Positions 14,950-30,866 of a stretch of 64,000 bases of DNA are shown here, in pieces (position 1 is the stretch's first letter; the number at the start of each line of letters is the position of its first letter). The notes under the pieces were generated by a model, which did not search any database, was not told where the DNA came from, and worked only from the letters and a program-made list of their open reading frames with translations. The translations under genes were made by a program, and so were the position numbers. The DNA comes from Octopus vulgaris (Eukaryota): positions 96,038,001 through 96,102,000 of the forward strand of contig OX597817.1 in NCBI GenBank assembly GCA_951406725.2, given 5' to 3'.

Positions 14950-15318
14950 CTGTATAATAATATATCATCATAATATATATCCTCCGAGTTGATGCGACAA
15001 TTTATAGATACAAACAATCGAAAAGAGATGAGCTAACCCTAGTCAGTATTGAACCCACAAATCAACGCTAACATGACTCTTTGCGCGTCCGATTGGGCCA
15101 AACGCTCACCCATCAATTTCAGCCAAATTTAGTGACTATATACTTATACAGTATAAGTATATATTCATTCAATTTGGATACGCAAAGAACCATTTATTTG
15201 TGGGTTCGATTCTAGCTAGGGTTAGCTCATCATTTTACGGTCATTTGTTTATATTTAAAAAATTGTCGCTTCAAATCGGAGAATATACATTATTATGATA
15301 TATTATTATACAGTTATA
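14945..15318. repeat. Imperfect fold-back (MITE-like) element
   Basis: Ends tataactgtataataatatatcat / atgatatattattatacagttata; internal gatgagctaaccctag / ctagggttagctcatc. Confidence 0.75.
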
Positions 15319-15530
15319 AGACGGCGAGCTGGCAGAATCGTTAGCACGCCGGGCGAAATGCTTAGTGGCATTTCGTCTGCTGCTACGTTGTGAGCTCAAA
15401 TTCCGCCGAGGTCAACTTTGCTTTTCATCCTTTCAGGGTAGATAAATTTTAGTACCAGTGAAACACTACGGTCAAAGTCATAGACCAGTCCCCTCCCAAA
15501 TTTCAGGCCTTGTGCCTCCAGTTGAAGGGG
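15319..15530 (+). mobile_element. tRNA-derived SINE
   Basis: ggcgagctggcagaatcgttagcacgccggg (A box), ctcaaattccgcc (B-box-like), shared family core. Confidence 0.8.
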
Positions 15531-15564
15531 TTATTATACGGCTATTATTATACAATAAGTTTAC

Positions 15565-15595
<31 letters not shown>

Positions 15596-15601
15596 ATTAA
15601 T

Positions 15602-15646
<45 letters not shown>

Positions 15647-15789
15647 TTATTGTATAATAATAGCCGTATAATAACCCCTTCAACTGGAGGCACAAGGCCT
15701 GAAATTTGGGAGGGGACTGGTCTATGACTTTGACCGTAGTGTTTCACTGGTACTAAAATTTATCTACCCTGAAAGGATGAAAAGCAAAG
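15416..15789. repeat. Near-perfect palindrome centred on a (TA)n tract
   Basis: 15416-15564 is the exact reverse complement of 15641-15789. Confidence 0.95.
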
Positions 15790-17020
15790 ATTTGGTAACG
15801 ACTAAACAGCGATAGGACCTGTTTTCATTATTTTGCTTTTATAGTTGCTTGTGGTTTTGTACAGCGAGTACCATCCCCTCCGTTTTTACCTTCAGCCCAG
15901 AGATTTTGAGCCCTTGTTGGCTATTACCAGAGCTCATTTCTTTTCTCTCAAACAACGTATTGGCCATGGAGTGATTCTCTCTTCTTTTTTTCTTCAGTAT
16001 GTTTTGTAGACCTGTTTTCATATTGCTTTTACTCTCTTTGGCTATTTCTGCTATGCTGTCATCTAAGATCAGTGTATCAGTGTAGTTAGTTTCTGTTTTG
16101 ATCTTTGTCGCTTCCTTGTGTATAGAGAAAAGCGTTTTCTTTTCTCCGTGTTGCTTTAATACCTGTAGTAGTCTTCCGCTTTTTGTTTCTAAGTACTTCT
16201 CTAGTCCTGTTGTTGTTTTACAGTAGTTCTGTATCTGTGTTAGGCCGCGACCGCTTTCTGAGCGGCGTAGATATATTCGGTCTGTGTCTGCTTTGGGGTG
16301 GTGACTTCGGTATGCTGTTAATAGTTTTCTGTTTTTTTCTATATAAATTTATCAATTCATTGAACTTCCAGTTTATTATATTGAAGCTGTAATTTATGAC
16401 TGGTATGAGTAGCGTATTATCTTACTTTTAGCACTAAGCTCAGTGTTTACTTTAATATTCTGTCTTAATTTTCTCTTTCATTTCTGTGTCTTGTATTTTA
16501 GCTATTTCGTCTATTCTTAGATATTTGTATGAGCGATTGTGGTCTAATTCTCTGATTTCTGTGTCAATGTCGAGTGCAGTATTTTCAGCACTGATTAATT
16601 TACTTTTACTCAGTGTCACTTTGGCACATGTGTCCAACTTCATGTTCATCCTGATGTTTTGTTGAAACTATCGACAATTTTTAGATGGCCCCTGGTATTT
16701 TTAGTGAAATGTTTTAAGTCATGTGTGTAGAGGAGAGATCCGTTACCCATGGTGGTTCAATGTAAAAAGTTTGTTAGTAGAGTCAGAGCAAGGCAGAAAA
16801 GCAGGGGTGACAACGAGTCTCCTTGGAAAATTTCACTTCTCATGGGTATAGATTCATTTTTCAGTGATATACTGGTTTTCCAATTTGCCATTGCATGGTT
16901 GATATAGTTTAGTAGTTTTAGAGCTACTTTATCTATCTGGAGAGACTCCAATATCCATGAATGTGGAACACCATCTAATACTTTCTGGTAAAACAAGTCT
17001 GCAATTTTTCTTGTCATTAA
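15790..17020 (-). mobile_element. R4/Dong LINE RT fragment
   Basis: VPHSWILESL, IFQGDSLSPLLFCLAL, LDTCAK...YKYL, LKVKTEGMVLAVQ. Confidence 0.85.
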
Positions 17021-17039
17021 TTCCGTTTAGTGGCAGACT

Positions 17040-19079
17040 TTGAGATAAAAGTATGATGAAATTAAGAACAAATAGCTAGAATAATAAAAGAAATGATATG
17101 AATAATGTATGTAGACCTACGTATTGATTAAATGTATGTTTTTAATGCACTTTGGCTGCTTTAAAGTAATTTTACTCCTTTTCAAACATCCTTTTTTTTA
17201 TTTCCTTCCCACTTTTGGTAGTTGCTTGCAGCCTTTCTTTAAGTTTCAGCAGTAATCTGCCATGATGTTCACATTCCACCTCCCCTGGTACCTCCGCTCC
17301 ATTTCTTTAATGTCCTGGTGAAATCTCTCCCCGCGTTCTTCATTTAGATTGCCGAGAAATAGTCGATGTGTGAGTGAAGAAAGTTCGTTTTATCACTCAT
17401 GGTACACCCAATATTTTTGAAGTTTTGCAACATGATATAAACTGTGACTTTATAATTTGAACACTTTTTCCCAAAAAGTTCATGACAGCACACTTGAAGC
17501 TCACCCATGCCTGTTTTTGAGATTCATTGAGGGATTTCTCATAATCTGGATCTTTCATTAGTTTACGTATCAACAAATACTCCTGCTTTTATTTTCTCAC
17601 TGGTTATATTTGGGTATTGTTCTTCTCTTTTTTGAGTGATACTGAAAACATGGTCCATCTGCAGGCAAAGATTTAACGAACTGTTTCATGAAACCCAGTT
17701 TGATGTGCAAAGGTAGTAGCAGTACTTTTGTAGGTTCAATCAAGGACTCGTGCAGAATGTTTTTCGATCCCTGTAACAAACTTCTCATTTGTGAGAAGTT
17801 TTTAACCATCCAGTACTTTTCTTTAGCACTGCTGTCCCATTCACATAAGCAACATAGCAGTTTTGTGTAGCCTACCTGCTGGCCTACAAGCATGCCTATA
17901 ATTCTCCTCACACTTGCCACTGGTATTATGCATACTTCATATTTACAAAAGTTTTTTACATTTTCATACGTCTCTTTTAGTTGTAGCAAGACAGTCATCA
18001 AACTTCTTTTTTCTGAGGGATTGCTCTCGATCTCAAAATAGTTTATCAGATTTAGAATATTATAGTAAAACACCATTGATTCATCATCAGCGAAGAATGG
18101 TAACAACTTGAGTTTCCTGTAACGATACCAAGAGAAGAAGGTTCCCGGTAACAAAGGCTTTTTCATTTTTAGCCTAGGACCAAGAAGTTCCGTTGCATCC
18201 TTTGGTACGTTCAAATTTCTCACCAAATCATTGAACTCTTCCTGTGTAAATAACTGCGGACATTCAATTTCGCCAGGAGTATAGTCATCACCTTCTTCAC
18301 ATTTGTCTTCCCCACTACCTGATGTGACATTCTCCAAAACAAGTGGTGGGAGAGAAACTGGAATGTCAACCCTGTGTGCAATAGCCCGTATGGCCGAGGA
18401 AATACACTATCTTATGCTTATGTTTTGCACTGTACCCATCAACTTTAGTAATGCAGACATAACAGTCGTCAGCGTGGTTACTTGGCTCTCGCCACACATT
18501 TGGTATTCCAAAGGGCATTTCTGTTTTCTTACAGGCTTTTAAGTGTCTCAGCCACTCCACACAAATGTGATAGCACAATAAGCGAAGTATAGATTTGTTT
18601 ACAAGATCAGTTATATTTTGTCTCTACTTAATGACAACATGCCTGTCACAAATGTAGCAGAATATGTCTGGATTGTTCACGCACTTACATCTATATGCAC
18701 TCATTTAAAATGGAGTTTATACAAAAATATCACCAACGACTGACCTGAAACTACTAAAACAACACCAAAGCATCAGTTAGCAATCGTGTACACAGCTGTC
18801 AGAGTTGCCAACGACTGTTTAATAAACTTTATATTGGTTGCTATTTTACTTTTATTAATGTTAGGTCAGTATTGGTTTATAGCAATCTATTTTATTGAGC
18901 AAAATAAATCAGATAATCACTGTCATCTGATTCTCTAATACCATAATACAGAAAAAAATAAAGTTTTATGACAAAAAAACGTGATGGATAAAAGCTAATA
19001 ACAGATCTGAAATCAGTATTAAAAGTTGCTTTAAAACGTTATGCAGACATTTAAACATAAAAAATCATTCAGACCTGTG
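17040..19079 (-). mobile_element. Decayed DNA transposon, Chapaev3-like (CMC) transposase
   Basis: CVNNPDIFCYIC, PFGIPNVWREPSNHADDCYVC, GYTKLLCCLCEWDS, PLHIKLGFMKQFVKSL, GERFHQDIKEMERRYQGRW; 5' end begins CAC. Family name is from motif recall. Confidence 0.75.
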
Positions 19080-19084
19080 TAATC

Positions 19085-19645
19085 AATCCAAGTCATGTTG
19101 AGGTTTGTCTTTCTCTTCCTACAGTCCTCTATAATGGCTCGATTTACTGGAAGTTGCTCCTTACAACCATATATCCCATCTGGCTCCCATTTGTTCTTCT
19201 AGTAAAACATTGTTGTTTTCCAGGTGTATTAAAGGCTGGTTATAGATGGCTGATGTGAGGATGTTGGTTGTTGATAGGTATGCTATTTTCATATAATGTT
19301 GTGGGCATATGATGTCTTTATTTTTGGAAATTAGGATGGTCTATCCTTCCAATATCCAGTTTGGTGTTGATTCTGGCTTACATATTAATAAATTGAATAC
19401 TGCCGTTATGTGAGTATGGGTAGTGAGGAGGCGTTTCAGCCAGGAGTTGGAAACTTTGTTTATCTTTGGAGTTTTCCAGTTATTGGTAGTCCTCAGTGTA
19501 TCGGTGTTCTCTTGGCTTGTGATGGTGGGCTGTATGTGCGGTGATATTTTGCTCTTCCTTTTCTTTTCCCTATTTATCCATTGAGCATTTTTGTTGTGTT
19601 GTTTTTGTTTGCTTCACATTCCTTCCCAGTATGACTGAATCTTTG
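19085..19645 (-). mobile_element. R4/Dong LINE fragment
   Basis: Minus strand reads NWKTPKI...NSWLK and PIWILEG, homologous to the 9461-9799 segment. Confidence 0.55.
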
Positions 19646-19723
19646 ATGATTATTATTATTATTATTATTGTTGTTGTTATTGTTGTTGTTGTTGATGATG
19701 TTAAGAAATTTTTCTTTATCCAG

Positions 19724-20156
19724 GTAAGAATAGGAGTTTTATCATTCAGTGATAAGGTAGAAATAGATTTTTACCTGAACGAATCTACTGACGAATCTAG
19801 TATTCTACAGAAAGTCAGTCGAATTCGACAACTCACAGGAAGCACTTATACATGGCTGGCGTTAAGAGAATTGATTAATATGTTTAAGCACAGAAATGGT
19901 GCTCGGCCGTTTGTTAAACATGTCTCCATCATTCTGACTGATGGAAATTCCCAGAATCCACTTGCTACTTCAAAAGCAGCACGCGCGGTTCATGAAGCTA
20001 ATATTAAAGTCTTTGCGTTGGCCATTGGAGAGTATATAAGAGTAGAAGAGATTCGCGACATTGCAAGTTTTCCGAAGGATACATTCTTCAAAAAAACAGC
20101 ATCTTTCAGTGAACTGGAACGCATAAAAGAAAGCTTCTTAACCACAACTTGTAAAG
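19724..20156 (+). CDS. Exon: C-terminal half of the vWA domain
   Basis: tttctttatccag|GTA AGA...TGT AAA G|gtaag. Encodes VRIGVLSFSDKV...GSTYTWLAL...GARPFVKHVSIILTDGNSQ...IKVFALAIG. Phase 0 matches the upstream exon across a ~15 kb intron. Confidence 0.92.
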
Positions 20157-21078
20157 GTAAGATGAAAGAATATATTATTTCCCTATAGTTCAGACAAACA
20201 TCTAATATAATTATGTTCTACTGTTTGCCAAATTCTTTTTAATCATTAATTACTCCTCTCAACTAATAGAGTTGCTAAAAAAAATCATTATTTGGTGAAA
20301 AAAGAAGTTGATTTATTCTATTGATGATGCAAATCTCAATATTTTTTTGAGATTAATTTTTGTCATCTTAGCCATATTTTTGAATAAATCACAAAACTTT
20401 TGTTCAAACTGACCCATTGAAAGATATTATATATCTCAGAAACATAAATAATGTTGTAAAAGGAAAGTTTAAAGTAAGTAGTGTGAAATAAATATATCGA
20501 TTCAAGACTTATCTCCCTCCAATACTTTCAAATACATCCAGTTTTTTGAGCCAATGAAGAAGCTTTTAAGTGGTTATTTGCTCCTGAAAATTACATCCTA
20601 CCGTCTTAAAAATGAACATGCTGGATAATGTGGTCCCAGATTACTTGCTCATATTAAAAACTAGGATGGTCGCAGCAGGAATGCTTTAGATCCCAGGTCT
20701 GCTCAGTCGGGATTGACCTGAAGGCTAGTTAACAACCGAGTTTTAGCTTGCGTTCCATCTCTCTGGATTTGGTAAAATGGATAGAACTTGGCGAAAATGT
20801 TGAAAATATATATACCTTGAAATACTATTTTAATTATTTTTAGATTGTTCATCCAACATATTGCGTGTTGAGGTGTGATATATTTTAAGATTATATTTCG
20901 ACATAAACACTGTGTATTATTCATTATTTTGAGTAAATGTAGAACAGATAAACTTTCAAACACTTTTAAAAGATGGTAGTATGTGATAGTCATGCGAATA
21001 TTCTTCTTCTTGATAACTTTATAACAAATTTCAACTATATTTTTGTTTTTTTAATCACCTATTCTAAAACGTTTTCAG

Positions 21079-21129
21079 TTGTTAATGAAAGATCTACATT
21101 ACCACCCATCCGAATATCAACCACTGAAG
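21079..21129 (+). CDS. 51-nt linker exon (VVNERSTLPPIRISTTE)
   Basis: gttttcag|TT GTT...GAA G|gtaagg; phase 1-1; Ser/Thr/Pro-rich linker. Confidence 0.75.
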
Positions 21130-21229
21130 GTAAGGTACAAATATATAATATCTTAATTAAAAAATGATATATTCGATTCCTTAAAACGTCTTCCACGCTA
21201 CAATTGAATTATGCTCGTTAACTTACGTG

Positions 21230-22790
21230 CAGTGGAGCGGATGAGTTTATACGGAAATATTGAAAGACTTAAAAAGATCGGACCTTGCAAAGCAAGGTCT
21301 TATATCCTGAAAGTAAGAGTAAAAACGTTCACGTTATTGTTAGAAAGAGGCAGAAATACATTTTCATGTCAGATTTCCGAGTGTCAGTAAAAAATTTAGT
21401 CGATCAACTACCCGTAATTCTCTGACAAATAAACAGTCACGTGAAAAAAATTTCCTTTTCTACCATGTGGATCCATGTTCAATCCAAATAGGGGAACCGT
21501 TCCTTTTAATACATTCCCGGGTTAACCAATAACATGAGTGGAACTTGATAAACGAAAATTGGGCACAAGAAATTGTCGCGCGCGTGTGAGTGTCTATCGT
21601 TGAAATGCAGACAGTTACTAGCCATTCTTGCCATCAGAATTTTAATTAACCAGTAATTGTTTAACTGAATACTTGAAAAGTTTGTAACTAACGACACAAT
21701 TGTTTACCACAAAGAAAAATATATAAGGACTGTTCATGCCGGTAAGCCTTCGACTTTTGAACTACTGCATGAAAAATCACTACAGACGCTAAGTGCTAAT
21801 TGTGAAAATTAATTAGAGCTTAAGTAATAACCCATGCAAACTATCGCAAGAACAGCTTTATTGAATACCACGATTGGGCTATTGCAAAAATAGATACTCA
21901 AATTATGAAAATGACAATGCAGTAAATATGGTCCATGAATCTGCAATGGCTCTATTTTATTCACAGAATATTTACAATGAAAATAGACCAAAGTCAGCAA
22001 TGTTGACCATATCGAAATGTGGGCAGTCTAATTTGAGATTCGAGGAGTGGATTAAGATTTCTCCTGTCAAATGCCAAGCCTCTTGTTACCATTGTAAAAA
22101 GTTCATGGGCAGTAACACATTTACTTTTAATGACTAAAAAAGTAAACCGGTTCCCAAAGCCTGCAAAAATATTAGTTGCCAGTAATAACCTATGGTGAAG
22201 TGGATAGACTATTGAGTGAAGGAAAAGCACAAAATGTCAGTGGCGCGGAATCGAGAGTACTTGAAAATAATCATCCATACCTTATTGTTCTCTACCAGAC
22301 AACACACAATCAATAGAAGTTTAGCAGACAAATGTGTTGTTATTAACCGTGGTAACGTATTAGAATTTTTACATCTTTACTACACGTATTGTTTTGCTAG
22401 GAGTAAAACTGAAAATGCAAGTGCAATATGCAGTAGACCTCACTTATTGTCCAAAACGTAAACATCGATATCACGACTGAGAAGATTTTAGTGTTGAAGT
22501 TATACCATTATCGTTGAACAAGTTGTAATACGCTTCAGATTCATCACTATAGGAAACATTAAATCTTATACAATACACTCTCTTGAAGGAAGCGTTCACT
22601 CTGAGTTAATACTAAATGTATTCAGGAATGACAAAATTGAAGGTGAAATAATAAAATTGTAATGTAAGAGAATGCTGCAAATTGTAACAAGGGGCTCTTG
22701 TAAATACACTGAGGTTAAAACAGGAACAGAACAATTACCTCATATCGCAAAGGCATTACTTGATAAATGATGAAGGCCCAAAACAGTGCA
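21230..22790 (+). mobile_element. Decayed hAT-like (ZMYM1/TTF zinc-finger type) transposon
   Basis: FEEWIKISP...CYHC zinc finger; VARNREYLKIIIHTLLFSTRQ...NRGNVLEFL. Confidence 0.6.
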
Positions 22791-22796
22791 ATGTTG

Positions 22797-22842
<46 letters not shown>

Positions 22843-22899
22843 AAATATATATATAATATATATATATCAAAATAAGCAACAAGAATAACTTCGGTAATT

Positions 22900-22983
22900 T
22901 GGCACGATCGTTTCGCACTACATCATTTTATTAAATGTTGTAAGTATTACAACAGTTTTAAAATGCTGAGTACTCATCACCCA
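22900..22983 (-). ncRNA. Degenerate type I hammerhead-like motif (Penelope-type)
   Basis: tgg-GTGATGA-gtact...agtgc-GAAA-cgatc-GTG-cca; palindromic stem III ACGATCGT; C3 and H17 are both G. Confidence 0.5.
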
Positions 22984-23503
22984 CTAATAGAGGTTTCCCA
23001 TTAATACATAATTTTCATATCAAATGATAGCATTATAGAGAAGCTAGATATATAGACAAAGATGTGGGTTTAAATTTTAAGAACATTTAAGGTAGTGGAG
23101 CTTATCAACTGACTGAATAATATTCAGTTGCTTTGAACTGTTAGAAGGTTCTGAGAAGAATGGACAACTGAAAGGAGATAAGAAAGATTTCTATTTATAG
23201 AAATAGGGGTGAAATATATGTCAAAGTTCCATATAAAGAAATTTCGGTAGAGAGAGAAGGATTGTCACACTACATATGCCAATTACTACTATTTGGTAAA
23301 CAGATATAGCATTAGGAAAACTAGGTTAATGTCAAATGGTTATAATGACCACTCATAGAGAATGCAGAGATTTTTTTAAAACTAATATACATCAACATTA
23401 TAATTAGCTGATAGGTTCTGAGTATTTTGATACGTTGGATTAAAGGAGAAATTATAGATCTAAAATTTATTCAATTTAGAGAAAAATCTATCATTTATTA
23501 TAT

Positions 23504-23569
<66 letters not shown>

Positions 23570-23579
23570 AGAGTTTACG

Positions 23580-23619
<40 letters not shown>

Positions 23620-23627
23620 AGAGTTTA

Positions 23628-23663
<36 letters not shown>

Positions 23664-23667
<4 letters not shown>

Positions 23668-23850
23668 AGAGTTTACGAAAAATAACAAAAGACGAAGACA
23701 GGTGGTGTACAAAACAAACAGATGTATTAGTATAACGCTCCGGAATAGAAAAAGTCTTTTACGTTTCGAGCCTACGCTCTTCTACAGAAAGGGACACAGA
23801 AAAAACAAGGAGAGAAAAAAATGTGTGTAGTGGCTAACGATGTATCATGA
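23664..23850 (-). mobile_element. Penelope-like terminal repeat (family A) with hammerhead-like motif at 23755-23792
   Basis: ttt-CTGTAGA-a-gagc gtag gctc-GAAAC-GTA-aaag; homologous to 35648-35850, which is attached to a GIY-YIG remnant. Confidence 0.7.
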
Positions 23851-26530
<2,680 letters not shown>

Positions 26531-26825
26531 AGCGCCGAAATGTGTATTGTAAGGTATAAATAAGGTGATAGTTTATTTTCGTATGCAGAGACACCATAAT
26601 ATTGTATACGACTTGAGGTGTTTGCCTTGCCTTAATGCTTGTTGTCCTCTTTAACAATTATGTATCCGCTGCATCGAAAATCTGCAATGGCTCCACAACT
26701 ACCGTCTCGGCTATAACTTTGCAACCCCAGTAATCCGTTACAGTACTTATCTAGCGTACCTAATCGTTTAGATCACTTGTGAACTAACCCCCATACTTTG
26801 TGTATATGTATATATCAATATATAT

Positions 26826-27835
26826 AAAACTGAGAATGTGTGTCTGTATGTCTGTCTGTTTGTCTGTGTGAATCCCTAAAACTTGAGAACTACACAACCA
26901 ATTTCATTCAAATTTTACACATGCCTTACTTAGGGTCCATGTAGTTTCATGGGCAAAAAAATGTTCAACTTCTTGCCTAGAGCGAGTCTATAACAATATC
27001 ATATCTTCTCCAATATTTCAGTATTACGTGTTAAAAGTGAAACAAAAATATTTCTCTATTTTATGTCAGATGCTTTCACTTTAACAATAAAAATAATAAT
27101 AACAATTGAATTATATGTAGTAAGTAATAATTAAAATCAAACTAAAGTATAATATAAGTAAAAATAGCAATTGGTATAAAATTGCATCAATGATTTGAAC
27201 TTGAATAAGTGGTTTCACATGAATTGAAACTAAATTAACAATAAAATTAGCGTGCAGAAATGGAATAGTCCAGATGGATAATAAAAAAATAAATTAAAGA
27301 AAAGACTATTGTCTATAAAGTATACAATGTAGAGAAAAAAGAAGATTTGAACACTTGGAGGAAAGCACCATCGAAAAGTGTCTTGGTGCGACTATGAAAG
27401 ATATCTAACCAGAGGCGGTAAATTCGCGCAAGGTTCGAGTCAACGGAGCGTGCAATGGAGTACTCGACTCGAAATTGTAAAGTGGAAATATTTTATCTTT
27501 ACCTTTATATCTGGGACGTAGGACGTGCCGGATAAAAATTAAAAATGTGCCCCATCCCCACCTAGAAGTTGAGGTAGGCTGGATTGTAGCCACACTTCTA
27601 TACAAGAGGGAGGACAGATACAATTGATCGAAATTGCAAGAGACGGGCTTACAATTCCAGTCTGTTATATATTTTGAGTATTGTTATCACTAGCGATATC
27701 AAGATATAACTTTGTATTTTGTATTTTATGTGTAGATGTATATATATAGATATACATGTAATATGTACACATATATATACACATATATACATGCACTAGC
27801 ACTATGACCCAGCAACGACAGGTCATAATGGTAGT
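26826..27835 (-). mobile_element. Helitron/HINE-like element, internally shortened copy of 949-2920
   Basis: Reverse-complement match including the terminal hairpin (27795-27835) and the captured ORF1 fragment. Confidence 0.75.
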
Positions 27836-27847
27836 ATATATATATAG

Positions 27848-28065
27848 TTAATCCAAGCATGAAAACACAAAGAGAAAACACAACAACGCGAGGACGTGGA
27901 ACAAATATAGTATTACTGGACGCTCAGGAAGGAAGGGAAGAAGGAGGATTTTACGTTTCCAGCGGAGCTCTTCGTCAGAAACATAGGAAAAGGAAAGATC
28001 CAGAGAAGGGAAGACGGAGGGAAAAAAATCGCCAACGATACACACGCGGTCACATTTTGAAATGT
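27848..28065 (-). mobile_element. Penelope-like terminal repeat (family B) with hammerhead motif at 27948-27982
   Basis: gttt-CTGACGA-a-gagc tcc gctg-GAAAC-GTA-aaat; flanked by (TA)n; homologue at 47247-47460. Confidence 0.7.
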
Positions 28066-28068
28066 GAA

Positions 28069-28108
<40 letters not shown>

Positions 28109-28389
28109 CACTCACCAGACTATCGATGTCATTATATACCATTGATTGTAAAGTGCTTCGCATTGTTTTAACTTTCGAATGAATGCTGACTTTGCGGACA
28201 TTTCAGGGAATGCTGAAGTCAGTAATTCAAAAGTCCAGCTTTATCACACTCTGTCACATTGATTTTATATGAGAATCACATTTAAAATAGACGTTTCAGA
28301 TGCTTACTTAGTCATTAAGCGCTAGTTAAACCAGCGCCTGGTAGTTTATCCAGCAACTGCATATTCATGATCAGAAATTGTGACCGAGA

Positions 28390-28457
<68 letters not shown>

Positions 28458-28799
28458 TGTGTGTGTGTGTGTGTGAAACCTTTGCTGATGTGAATTTAAA
28501 GCATGTAATTATTTGCTAGGAAACCAAACATCCGGATCTCTGCAAATCAAGGCCCTTGAGATATAATTATGCATCAAGTTACAGACATACCCTTATCTCT
28601 TTAGCTGTCAGAAATACAATGAATTAATGATTGGGTCGTTCCAAATCTGTTCACCAACTGTGCTTTAAAATATATAAATGTATATACGTTCAGTCTTTAC
28701 ACTTCATATATTTTATTGCCAAATAATTTCTCATTCTATGTTGATTAGCCTTTAAAAGTGATATTTTTTATTGAAGGTTAATTTCAGAATTTGCCTTCA

Positions 28800-29910
28800 A
28801 ATAAATTCATATCATATGTATTAATCAACAGAGCTGTGAAATCTTGCATGCATTAATTTCAACGTTTTTTTTTTTTAAGAAACAACTACATAGTTTCTCT
28901 TTCAGATAGACTGACATCTGACTGTTCAAAGAATTTTCAAAAGTAACTGAAAGCAATTTGTCTTGAAAATCGACAACATCTGGCATCGCTGTGTCAACAA
29001 GTACCTTCAGAAAAAGAGTTAAGTCCCGACATGTTGTTTCATTAGGAAATGAACCTATAGATTTATCCACAGTGCAAAAGTGAACAGCTGAATTTAGGAG
29101 GGGTAGGCAAAGTCTTGAAGATGACCCAACGTCTGGACGTCGTGCCACTACCACCCCTGAGTAAAACATTGTGTTCACCACATGATGATAGACGACAGAC
29201 GATTGACTAAAAATCAAATAGCCAATGCTATTAGCATATCCTGTGAGAGTTGAGAATATTCTGCACAATGAACTTGGCATGACGAAGGTGGTAGCCACGT
29301 CTTCTGACACTCGGTCAAAAGTACACCAGACTGATCACATCACAGGGAAATCTAACATTGTTTGAAGAAAATCCAGCTGGTTTCCATGATGAGTATTGGA
29401 GTCATCACTTTGAACCAGAGACAAAGAGACAATCCATGCAGTGGAAACACCCTTCCTCACCCGATCCAAAAAAGGCCACGGTCGTTTCATCTGCAGGGAT
29501 GGTGATGGCCTCAGTTTTGGGGTTGGGAAAGGTATTGTGTTTATTGATAGCGTAGTCCTTCAAAAGGACCACACCATCAGTGGAGAGTGCTATGCCAAAT
29601 TGTTGAGACAGTTATGAAAGGCTATCAAGATCAAACGCCCAGGAAAATTGACGAAAAGAGTCTTAGTTCAATTTCTTTATTTCCCACAAGGGGCCAAAGA
29701 GTCTTTCGTTCATCTGGACAATATTCCAGCATACGAATCTTTGGTTTCCATGGCTGCTGTGCGTGACTGTGACCTTCCCTATTCTCCTGATTTGGCCCTA
29801 TCTGACTATTGTATGTTCGCCACCATGAAGAAACACTTGGCTGAGAACCATTATCGCAGTGATTATGACGGCATATGTGCTGTTGGTGACTTTTTTACAA
29901 CGGACAGTCG
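28800..29910 (+). mobile_element. Decayed mariner transposon
   Basis: LEDDPTSGR, DEYWSHHFEPETKRQSMQWKH, HLDNIPAY, PYSPDLALSDY. Confidence 0.88.
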
Positions 29911-30831
29911 TAGATATAAAATATAAATATGAAAGTTATAAAATATAGAAAGTAAAATATAAAATTTAATGTAGCAACAAGCGACATTAGAACAAACAAG
30001 ATATAACAAATAAATAATAAACATTAGATAAAAAAAAATCGACATTTAACGTAGGAATCACATGCTGGATTACCAAATATACCATTTATGAGATGAAGAT
30101 ATAAAGAATACCTAATTAGAAAGCACATTATATAGGTTCACATATTTCTCAATTAATACTTACAGCTTTAGATCACATACAACTACGTCATGGGATATGC
30201 AACTACATCAGGGTGCTGCTATAGGCTGACTACGTAATGGGTTTAAAGTATGCGAATGTACGTCTAATATTATGCGAGTACACTAATCTTAGCTCTTTCG
30301 ATTTATTGAGAACATTGTTTGGATATACAAGGATTTCCCAAAATTCGGCAAAGTAAAGCGCGCATCCATTACCTGTTATTTGAATATGGTGATACTTTTC
30401 TTACAATGCTCCAAGCAATGTGGGATTGAATTTTTTATCTTCAAATTCTCATACTACTCTGAAAAACCAATAATATTTTATATCAATGTGACGTCACAAC
30501 TGACATGAATACTTTTATTTACTTAGGCTCAAACGCATGTAACTTTAAGTAGAGACTTTACAACCATTCTTTTTCCTTAAGAAATCAGGATAACTCTAGT
30601 GTTACGTCAAACGTAGAAGAGGTGTGAGAAGTTGTAAAAGGAAAATAGTAATAATTGGACATCAAACATTTTTTATACAAAGATAATTATTTCTGCCTCT
30701 TGTTGCGATATAGTGACATTAAATATTCGAAAGAATTTGTGGTCCGTTCTTTATCCCATATAAATTATCGTAATATGTTATTGCTTCCTTTTACATTTTT
30801 ATGCCACAAAGTAAAAAAAAATGTGTGTGTG

Positions 30832-30866
<35 letters not shown>

